Source of the DNA: an uncultured Desulfobulbia bacterium
GTDB taxonomy: Bacteria; Desulfobacterota; Desulfobulbia; Desulfobulbales; S012-135
NCBI GenBank assembly: GCA_964423785.1
Contig: CAYRGZ010000001.1
Coordinates: 9,782-73,781, forward strand
Direction of reading: 5' to 3'
Length of the DNA: 64,000 bases
Shown: positions 57,916-64,000 of the stretch, piece after piece
Position numbering within the stretch: the stretch's first letter is position 1
How the letters are laid out: each line of letters starts with the position of its first letter
Translations under genes and position numbers: made by a program
The notes under the pieces: generated by a model
The model's input: only the letters and a program-made list of their open reading frames with translations
Told to the model about the DNA's origin: nothing
Database searches by the model: none

Positions 57916-58647
57916 ATGTGGATTCAGAACCGTCTCGGCATGATCGAGGGGATCGAGGCCATGCGCGCCCAGGAGGAGCGCATGAACCAGATCGCCAACA
58001 ACCTGGCCAACGTCGATACCGTCGGCTACAAGCGGGAAGAGGTCACCTTCTGGGAGATGCTCTTCGACACCGCTGACCGTCGGCCTCGGGTGGGCAAGGC
58101 CCTGCGGGTGATCACCGATGGGCGGCAAGGGCCGACGGTCCACACCGGCAATCCCTTCGACCTGTTGATCGACGGCGAGGGATTTTTTCGAGTGCAGACC
58201 CCCAACGGGGTCCGCTACACCCGGGCCGGCAATTTCACCACCGATGCCACCGGCCAGCTCGTCACCCAGGACGGTTACCCGGTGCTTGGAACCGCCGGCA
58301 CCATTGTCGTCGGCCACCGGGATTTCACCGTCGATAGCAACGGCGATGTGCGCATTGACGGTGAGCTGGTCAACCGGCTGGAGGTAGTGGCCTTCGACGA
58401 TCCGACCTCCCTGGAAAAGGAAGGAGGCAATCTCTTTCGGCCGGCCGCCGGGGGGGCCGCCGAACGTCCCGCCGCCGATTACCAGGTCATCCAAGGAGCC
58501 CTGGAGCAGTCCAACGTCAACACCGCCATCGAGATGACCGAGATGATCGACCTGCAGCGGGCCTACCAGGCCCAGCAGAAGGTCATCCACACTATCGACG
58601 AGATCGACGGCCTGGCGGTGAACCGGGTCGGCAAGCTCAATACCTAA
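57916..58647 (+). CDS. flgF: Flagellar basal-body rod protein FlgF
   Basis: ATG at 57916 follows AAGGAGAG. ...QIANNLANVDTVGYKRE is the rod-protein N-terminal motif, with C-terminal ...LEQSNVNTAIEMTEMIDLQRAYQ. The longer track ORF from 57640 runs through the repeat and was rejected. Confidence 0.85.
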   Translation: MWIQNRLGMIEGIEAMRAQEERMNQIANNLANVDTVGYKREEVTFWEMLFDTADRRPRVGKALRVITDGRQGPTVHTGNPFDLLIDGEGFFRVQTPNGVRYTRAGNFTTDATGQLVTQDGYPVLGTAGTIVVGHRDFTVDSNGDVRIDGELVNRLEVVAFDDPTSLEKEGGNLFRPAAGGAAERPAADYQVIQGALEQSNVNTAIEMTEMIDLQRAYQAQQKVIHTIDEIDGLAVNRVGKLNT

Positions 58648-58658
58648 GGAGAGCAATC

Positions 58659-59441
58659 ATGATACGCGCCCTTTTTTCCGCCCGTACCGGCATGATCGGC
58701 CAGCAACTGCAGCTCGACACCATCTCGAACAACCTGGCCAACGTCAATACCACCGGGTTCAAGAAGTCCCGGGTTCAGTTCGAGGATCTATTTTATCAAA
58801 ATGTCCGGGCCATGGGGGTGGAGACCGCCGGCGGCGGCCAGGTGCCCACCGGTTTGCAGGTCGGCATGGGGACCCGGCCGGTATCGACCCAGAAGATCTT
58901 CACGCAAGGGGAATTCGTCCAGACCGGCAACGAACTCGACTGGGCCATCGAGGGACGCGGGTTCTTTCAGGTGGTGCGGGACGGCCGGGTCTATTACACC
59001 CGGGCCGGTTCGTTCAAGATCGACGGCAACGGCTACATCGTCACCGCCAACGGCGACCGTTTGCAGCCGGAGTTCACCGTACCGGCCGGTACGGTCAGCA
59101 TCGACATCGATTCCGGCGGCCTGCTGACCGCCCTGGATGAGAACAACAATACTCTGGCCACGGCTCAGGTGACCCTGTTCGATTTCATCAATCCGGCCGG
59201 CCTCAAGGCGGTGGGCCACAACCTGTTCCTGGAGACCGACGCCTCCGGTGCTGCCGTGGAGGCCAATCCCGGCACCGAGGGTCTGGGCACCATCGCCCAG
59301 CGGTTCCTCGAGACTTCTAACGTCGACGTGGCCGAGGAGATCGTCAACATGATCGTCACCCAGCGGGCCTTCGAGGTCAATTCCAAGGCGGTCACCACCG
59401 CCGATACCCTGCTGGAGATCGCCAACAACCTGGTGCGTTGA
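58659..59441 (+). CDS. flgG: Flagellar basal-body rod protein FlgG
   Basis: MIRALFSARTGMIGQQLQLDTISNNLANVNTTGFKKSR... and the C-terminal ...LETSNVDVAEEIVNMIVTQRAFEVNSK. 260 aa. Confidence 0.92.
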   Translation: MIRALFSARTGMIGQQLQLDTISNNLANVNTTGFKKSRVQFEDLFYQNVRAMGVETAGGGQVPTGLQVGMGTRPVSTQKIFTQGEFVQTGNELDWAIEGRGFFQVVRDGRVYYTRAGSFKIDGNGYIVTANGDRLQPEFTVPAGTVSIDIDSGGLLTALDENNNTLATAQVTLFDFINPAGLKAVGHNLFLETDASGAAVEANPGTEGLGTIAQRFLETSNVDVAEEIVNMIVTQRAFEVNSKAVTTADTLLEIANNLVR

Positions 59442-59443
59442 GT

Positions 59444-60151
59444 ATGGTACGGCGCTGGTCGTGGCTTGTGCTGTTGCTGGTGGTCGCCATGCCCGCCACG
59501 GGCGGTGCCCGACAACTCGGGCCGGAATATTTCCAGGATCTGTTTGCGGCCATCGTCCGTCAGTATCTGGTGGTGCCGGGGCTGGACCTGGAGGTGGCTA
59601 ACGTCGTTGCCCGGCCGGCCGTCATGGAGGTGCCCGATGGCGTGCTCGGCTATCGGTTGGTATCGCCGGCCAAGGGACTGGAAGCCGGCCGCCGAAGTCT
59701 GGCGGTGGTGCTCACCGTCGATGGTCGGGATGTCGGTCCGGTGCGGCTGGTGGGGGATATCGGTCTCTACCGGCGGGTAGTCTGCCTCAAGCGGCGGCTG
59801 GCCCGCGGCACGGTGGTCGGGGGCGATGATCTCGTCATGGTGCGGAAGAATGTCGCGCTCCTGGGCGAAAACCCGGTCGTCCGGATCGAGGCCGCCAGCG
59901 GCCGCCGGTTGACCACCAGCCGACCGGCGGGGGCGGTGCTGTATGAATCCATGCTGGAGGAGCCGCCGCTCGTCCACCGGAACGATCGGGTGACCATCGT
60001 CGCCGATACCGGCCGGCTGCGGATAACGGTGCCGGGCCTGGTGCGGGCGCCGGGGCGCCGCGGCGCCTTGGTGCCGGTGAAGAATTTGATGAGCCGCAAG
60101 GTGATTCATGCCCGCGTGCGGGATGCCCATACCGTGGAGGTGGACCTGTGA
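59444..60151 (+). CDS. flgA: Flagellar basal-body P-ring formation chaperone FlgA
   Basis: Signal peptide MVRRWSWLVLLLVVAMPATGGA and a C-terminal SAF-like region (RRLARGTVVGGDDL...RVTIVADTGRLRITVPG). Positioned between flgG and flgH. The track start 59438 is TTG. Confidence 0.78.
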   Translation: MVRRWSWLVLLLVVAMPATGGARQLGPEYFQDLFAAIVRQYLVVPGLDLEVANVVARPAVMEVPDGVLGYRLVSPAKGLEAGRRSLAVVLTVDGRDVGPVRLVGDIGLYRRVVCLKRRLARGTVVGGDDLVMVRKNVALLGENPVVRIEAASGRRLTTSRPAGAVLYESMLEEPPLVHRNDRVTIVADTGRLRITVPGLVRAPGRRGALVPVKNLMSRKVIHARVRDAHTVEVDL

Positions 60152-60879
60152 AGACGAAGACCACGTTCGTTGGCGGTATGACCGGTTTCGTCCTTGTCGC
60201 CCTCATGCTGCCGCTCCTTGCCGGTTGCATTGGCGGCGCCGGCGGGGGGCAACCGGTGGCGGCGGCGATCCCGGAACGGGTGGCGTTGCCCGCCCCGCCG
60301 AAGGCACCGGTACCGGCCCGGGAGGGTACCATCTTCCGGCTCGACCAATCCGATCTCTACCAGGATCACCGGGCCCGCCGGGTGGGGGATATCCTGATGG
60401 TCAAGATCGTCGAGACGGCCAGTGGGTCCAAGAAGGCGACCACCAAGACCAAGCGTGAATCGAAGCTCTCCGGCGGCATCGCCTCCCTGTTCGGCTTTGA
60501 AACCTGGCTCAAGAACCACAACGCCAATTTCACTCCTTCTTCCACCAGCCTCAGCACCAATTTCAAGAATGAATTCGACGGGTCCGGCGAGACCAAGCGT
60601 GACAGCACGGTGACGGCGACCATCTCGGTTCGGGTGGTGGACACCACGCCGCAAGGCAACCTGGTGATCCGCGGTATCCGAGAGATCCGCCTCAACAACG
60701 AAACCCAGCACATCATTCTTTCGGGACTGGTGCGGCCCGAAGATATTGCGCCGGACAACTCCATCCTCTCCACCCACATCGCCGATGCCCGTATCGACTA
60801 TGCCGGCACCGGTACCGTCTCCGACCGGCAGCGACCGGGCTGGCTGGCCCGCGGCCTCGATCTCATCTGGCCCTTTTGA
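60148..60879 (+). CDS. flgH: Flagellar L-ring lipoprotein FlgH
   Basis: GTG start with a GTGA overlap with flgA. Lipobox LLAGC. Also ...LYQDHRARRVGDILMVKIVE... and ...NLVIRGIREIRLNNETQHIILSGLVRPEDI. Confidence 0.9.
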   Translation: MKTKTTFVGGMTGFVLVALMLPLLAGCIGGAGGGQPVAAAIPERVALPAPPKAPVPAREGTIFRLDQSDLYQDHRARRVGDILMVKIVETASGSKKATTKTKRESKLSGGIASLFGFETWLKNHNANFTPSSTSLSTNFKNEFDGSGETKRDSTVTATISVRVVDTTPQGNLVIRGIREIRLNNETQHIILSGLVRPEDIAPDNSILSTHIADARIDYAGTGTVSDRQRPGWLARGLDLIWPF

Positions 60880-60940
60880 GGCGTTTCCTCAAGAGGGTTG
60901 ACGGGGGGAAATTTGTCGCAACACCTCGCCCCGTAAGGAT

Positions 60941-61051
60941 GGTAAGAGACCGCAGGGTGCCGCAGATACGCGAAAGAGGGCTGTTCGCTATAGTAAACCT
61001 ATGCGGACTGCCCGATGACAAAGTAGATGCGGTGCCCTGCGATCTCTTACC
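60941..61051. repeat. 111-nt imperfect long inverted repeat / hairpin
   Basis: GGTAAGAGACCGCAGGGTGCCGCA (60941-60964) pairs with TGCGGTGCCCTGCGATCTCTTACC (61028-61051) at about 21 of 24 positions. The 63-nt interior itself contains short stems (GCGAA/TTCGC, ATAG/CTAT). Confidence 0.6.
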
Positions 61052-61181
61052 CCGGCAAAATCTTCCCGGTTGACCTAGGCCGGATTTGCCGGTGGCCGGC
61101 GTGCTGGTCGCCGGCGTTTTGTATCTGATTGAAATAGAAGAGAAAAGCAGAAGCAGCGATTGCCCGGCCGCGGTGATTTCT

Positions 61182-61197
61182 TGGCACCGCTCTTGCT
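61182..61197 (+). promoter_or_regulatory. Sigma-54 promoter upstream of flgI
   Basis: TGGCAC-CGCTC-TTGCT is an exact consensus match, 310 nt upstream of the flgI ATG. Two repeat copies lie between the promoter and the gene. Confidence 0.65.
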
Positions 61198-61280
61198 CAT
61201 GAAGAGAAGCAGACAAGAAATGCTGGTCCAGGAGATCCGGTCGGCGGAACCGGCATGGTTTTGTGGCAAGCAACGAAAGA

Positions 61281-61388
61281 TGATGGACCCGTAAAAACTC
61301 GCAGTCGGTGCAGGCCTGACACGGTAATTCAACGGGTTACACACGGTGAACTCGATGGAATCGCACTTTTTGCGATTCCATCAAAGAT
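61281..61388 (+). repeat. ~105-bp intergenic repeat family, copy I
   Basis: TGATGGACCCGTAAAAACTCGCAGTCGGTGCAGGCCTGACACGGTAATTCAA...GATGGAATCGCActttttGCGATTCCATCAAAGA. Confidence 0.85.
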
Positions 61389-61492
61389 GTACAACTCGTA
61401 AAAAGTTGCAGTCGGCCCAGGCCTGGCGATAATTCAATAGGTTACACACCGCGAACTCGATGGAATCGCACTTTTTGCGATTCCATCAAAGA
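61389..61492 (+). repeat. ~105-bp intergenic repeat family, copy J (tandem to I)
   Basis: TGTACAACTCGTAAAAAGTTGCAGTCGGCCCAGGCCTGGCGATAATTCAA...GATGGAATCGCActttttGCGATTCCATCAAAGA. Confidence 0.85.
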
Positions 61493-61506
61493 TCGGGGGG
61501 ACGACG

Positions 61507-62559
61507 ATGACACGATGGCAGCGGTGGCTGATGGTGGCCATTCTCATTCTGGCGAGCGGCCAGCCGGCCTTCGGGGTGCGGCTCAAGGATCTGGCCCGGG
61601 TCAGTGGCGTGCGGACCAACCAGCTGGTCGGCTACGGCCTGGTGGTGGGGCTCGATGGCACGGGAGACGGCAAGCAGGCGGCCTTCACCAACCAGAGCCT
61701 GGTCAACGTCCTCACCAATCTCGGCATCAAGGTGAACAAGGAGGACGTCAACGTCAAGAACGTGGCCAGCGTGATGATCACGGCCCAGTTGCCTCCCTTT
61801 GCCAAGGTGGGGCAGACCATCGACGTGGTGCTCTCCTCGATGGGAGATGCCTCCTCCCTCAAGGGCGGTACCCTGATCCCCACGCCCCTGAAAGGGCTCG
61901 ACGGCCGCGTCTACGCCATGGCCCAGGGGCCGGTGAGCATCGGCGGCTTCGAGATTCCGGGCCAGACCGCCGGCCGCCAGCGGAACCATCTCACCGTGGC
62001 CCGGATCCCGAACGGCGCCACGGTGGAACGCGAGGTGCCACTCGCCATCACCGGCCGTGACCGGTTTTCCTTGAGCCTGACGAAAGCGGATTTCACCACC
62101 GCCCGGCGGGTGGTGCAGGCGGTCAACGACTATCTGGGCGGCGTGTTCGCCCGGGCGGTGGACGGCGGCACCGTGGAGGTGACCGTGCCCGAATCGTACC
62201 GGGGGGACGAGGTGGCGTTGCTGGCCGCCATCGAGAATCTCGATGTGACGCCCGACGGCGTAGCCCGGGTGGTGCTGGACGAACGGACCGGCACGGTGGT
62301 CATGGGCGGGGAAGTGACGGTGGAGCCCATTGCCCTTGCCCACGGCGACTTGAGCCTGCAGATCGCCAAGTTGCCGGCGGAAATCCGTGACCAGGCGGGC
62401 GCCGACGGCGGCCGGCTGGTCAATCTGCCCGGAGCCACCACCCTTGGCGAGGTGGTGCGGGCGCTGAACGCCATGGGAGTGGCTCCCCGTGACCTGATCG
62501 CCATCCTGCAGGCGGTCAAGGCGGCCGGTGCCCTGCATGCCGAATTGGAGATCATGTGA
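61507..62559 (+). CDS. flgI: Flagellar P-ring protein FlgI
   Basis: A signal peptide, then RLKDLARVSGVRTNQLVGYGLVVGLDGTGD... and the C-terminal ...LIAILQAVKAAGALHAELEIM. 350 aa. Confidence 0.93.
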   Translation: MTRWQRWLMVAILILASGQPAFGVRLKDLARVSGVRTNQLVGYGLVVGLDGTGDGKQAAFTNQSLVNVLTNLGIKVNKEDVNVKNVASVMITAQLPPFAKVGQTIDVVLSSMGDASSLKGGTLIPTPLKGLDGRVYAMAQGPVSIGGFEIPGQTAGRQRNHLTVARIPNGATVEREVPLAITGRDRFSLSLTKADFTTARRVVQAVNDYLGGVFARAVDGGTVEVTVPESYRGDEVALLAAIENLDVTPDGVARVVLDERTGTVVMGGEVTVEPIALAHGDLSLQIAKLPAEIRDQAGADGGRLVNLPGATTLGEVVRALNAMGVAPRDLIAILQAVKAAGALHAELEIM

Positions 62560-62858
62560 TGCGGATCGACACCCTGACACCTCAGTTCAAGCCCGGCCCC
62601 GCCGATGCCGATAAACAAAATGATGGGCGGCTGCTACAGGCCTGCCGGGATTTCGAGGGGTTGCTCCTCGAGCAGATGCTTGCCTCCATGCGCCGGAGCG
62701 TGCCGAAAAGCGGCCTGTTCGGCGACAGTCCGGCAAGCGAGATCTACGAATCGATGCGCGACGAACAGCTCGCGAGAGACTTGGCCGCCCGGGGCGGCCT
62801 GGGGTTTGCCGACGCGCTTTATCACCAGTTGTCCCGGCCCGACAAGTCGGGTCGTTGA
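62559..62858 (+). CDS. flgJ: Rod-binding protein (FlgJ N-terminal domain-like)
   Basis: ACRDFEGLLLEQMLASMRRSVP...YESMRDEQLARDLAARGGLGFADALYHQL is the Rod_binding domain. There is no muramidase domain (about 100 aa in total). An alternative GTG start lies at 62556. Confidence 0.75.
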   Translation: MRIDTLTPQFKPGPADADKQNDGRLLQACRDFEGLLLEQMLASMRRSVPKSGLFGDSPASEIYESMRDEQLARDLAARGGLGFADALYHQLSRPDKSGR

Positions 62859-62869
62859 CAGGAGGTCCC

Positions 62870-63358
62870 ATGCAAGCGAAACAGCTCGACTCCCTTTTTG
62901 CCCTCCTGGATCGTCAGCTGCAGCTGGCCGACGCCCTCCTGCATCTTCTCGACCGGGAACAACATGTGCTGCTTGCCGCCGACGTCGAGGGTATCGCCGC
63001 GGTCAGTCGGGAAAAAACGCGTCTGGTGGAAGAAATCGGCGGCCTCGATCGGCGGCTTGCCGAACTGCTGGACAGCGCCGACCGGACCGACGGTCAGACG
63101 ACCATCGACCTTTCCTCCCTCGCCGACCGTCTTTCGGATGATGCAGCCGCTTGCCGCCTGCGTTCCTACCGGGACCGGTTGCGGGCCAAGCGGGGGCGGA
63201 TCCGGGACGCCAACGCGATCAACCAGCGGTTGGTCTCCGAGACCCTGGCGTTTTTGAACGACGCGGTGGATCTGTTGGTCGGCGGCGGCTCCGGTTATCC
63301 GGTCCGGTCCGGCCGCCGGCCGCACAAGGGGCCGGCGTTCATTTCGCGGGAGGTGTGA
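62870..63358 (+). CDS. flgN: FlgN-family flagellar export chaperone
   Basis: ATG at 62870 follows AGGAGG. LDSLFALLDRQLQLADALLHLLDREQHVLLAADVEGIAAVSREKTRLVEEI is FlgN-like. It sits directly upstream of flgK. The track start 62855 is TTG. Confidence 0.65.
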   Translation: MQAKQLDSLFALLDRQLQLADALLHLLDREQHVLLAADVEGIAAVSREKTRLVEEIGGLDRRLAELLDSADRTDGQTTIDLSSLADRLSDDAAACRLRSYRDRLRAKRGRIRDANAINQRLVSETLAFLNDAVDLLVGGGSGYPVRSGRRPHKGPAFISREV

Positions 63359-63362
63359 CCTC

Positions 63363-64000
63363 ATGGCCGGCATCTCCGACGTCCTCAATATCGCCAAGCA
63401 GGCGATCCTCGCCCACCAGATGTCCATCCAGGTGGCGGGGCACAACGTCGCCAATGTCGATACGCCGGGGTATACCCGCCAGACCCTGCTCCTCGAGCCG
63501 TCCCTGCCGAATCCGTCGCCGGTGGGCCCTGTTGGCAACGGCGTCGAGGCGACGCGCATCCTGCGCCAGTACGACAGTTTTGCCACCCAGCGTATCATGC
63601 AGGCCGAGTCGAATATCAAGAACCTCGATGCCCAGAACCAGGCGATGCGGATGGTGGAGGCGGCCTTCAACGAGGCACCGGGACTGGCCCTGAACGATCT
63701 GCTCAGCAAATTCTGGGATGCCTGGCAGGAGGTGGCCGACAATCCGGAGTCCCTGCCCTCTCGCCAAAGTCTGGTCCAGCAGGCCGAGTTGCTCGCCTCC
63801 CAGTTGCAGTCGATGAGCAACGAGATCGACCGGACCCGCAACGACATCGGCATCAACCTGAAGGCGGCCATCGATGAGGCCAATTCTCTCATCAACCAGC
63901 TCGCCCGTCTCAACGGCGAGATCTCCGCCACCGAGACCCCGCTCAAGAAGGCCAACGACATGCGCGACCAGCGTGACACGGTCTTGAAACAACTCTCCGG
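63363..64000 (+). CDS. flgK: Flagellar hook-associated protein 1 FlgK (5' partial, runs off window)
   Basis: Absent from the ORF track because there is no stop in the window. Hand translation from ATG 63363 gives MAGISDVLNIAKQAILAHQMSIQVAGHNVANVDTPGYTRQTLLLEPS..., the canonical FlgK N-terminus. Confidence 0.85.
   Translation, partial: MAGISDVLNIAKQAILAHQMSIQVAGHNVANVDTPGYTRQTLLLEPSLPNPSPVGPVGNGVEATRILRQYDSFATQRIMQAESNIKNLDAQNQAMRMVEAAFNEAPGLALNDLLSKFWDAWQEVADNPESLPSRQSLVQQAELLASQLQSMSNEIDRTRNDIGINLKAAIDEANSLINQLARLNGEISATETPLKKANDMRDQRDTVLKQLS

Noticed and set aside
57613-58656. 347-aa minus-strand ORF; likewise 61486-62580 (364 aa), 28895-29884 (329 aa), 19782-20918 (378 aa), 585-1583 (332 aa), 13214-14236 (340 aa), 37099-38346 (415 aa) and 18737-19852 (371 aa)
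   Set aside because: All are antisense to genes with strong family signatures (flgF, flgI, zorA, the DUF523 gene, GT2/GT4, carbamoyltransferase, sugar dehydrogenase, DegT). They are high-GC shadow ORFs.
60941-61051. Considered whether the long hairpin is a c-di-GMP (GEMM) or other riboswitch, given nearby PilZ and flagellar genes
   Set aside because: I could not find the conserved GEMM, cobalamin or other riboswitch core sequences. It also lies upstream of the sigma-54 promoter rather than in a leader. It is kept only as an unexplained structure.
62822-63979. 385-aa minus-strand ORF (and the overlapping 63339-63992 ORF)
   Set aside because: It is antisense to flgN and flgK, whose products carry canonical flagellar motifs.

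Overview
GC-rich Gram-negative chromosomal window. A delta-proteobacterial / Desulfobacterota-like origin is a weak inference from gene content. Layout: (1) 0.2-20 kb is a surface-polysaccharide/LPS biosynthesis and decoration cluster. It holds GT2, GT4 and GT9 glycosyltransferases, an FkbM methyltransferase, an MBOAT O-acyltransferase with four SGNH/DltD-like partners, a carbamoyltransferase-DUF5989-SxtJ triad, msbA, waaF and a DegT aminotransferase. (2) 21.09-33.13 kb is a ~12-kb genomic island integrated into the 3' end of tRNA-Arg(TCT) and bounded by a perfect 48-bp direct repeat. It carries a tyrosine integrase translationally coupled to hicA-hicB, three IS remnants (IS4-like, IS1634-like, IS21 istB), and a complete four-gene type I Zorya anti-phage system (zorABCD). 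This is the most notable content of the window. (3) 33-37 kb holds mutM, a c-type cytochrome, a Cys-rich PilZ protein and a PAS/sigma-54 enhancer-binding protein. (4) 37-48 kb holds UDP-sugar genes, glmS and a PEP-CTERM-type EPS export locus (BY-kinase, Wzz-like PCP, OM barrel, Wza-like exporter, PrsT TPR lipoprotein). (5) 48-57 kb is housekeeping: phosphatase, M50 protease, DHH-CBS-polyA-polymerase fusion, Xer recombinase, rpsU, glcD-like, ddl, serS. (6) 57-64 kb is a flagellar basal-body cluster (flhB-like, flgF, flgG, flgA, flgH, flgI, flgJ-like, flgN, partial flgK) with two consensus sigma-54 promoters. A ~105-bp strictly intergenic repeat family with a 12-bp-stem hairpin occurs 10 times. 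Most remaining long ORFs in the six-frame track are antisense shadow ORFs typical of GC-rich DNA. The track also uses GTG/TTG starts, so several starts were re-assigned by inspection.
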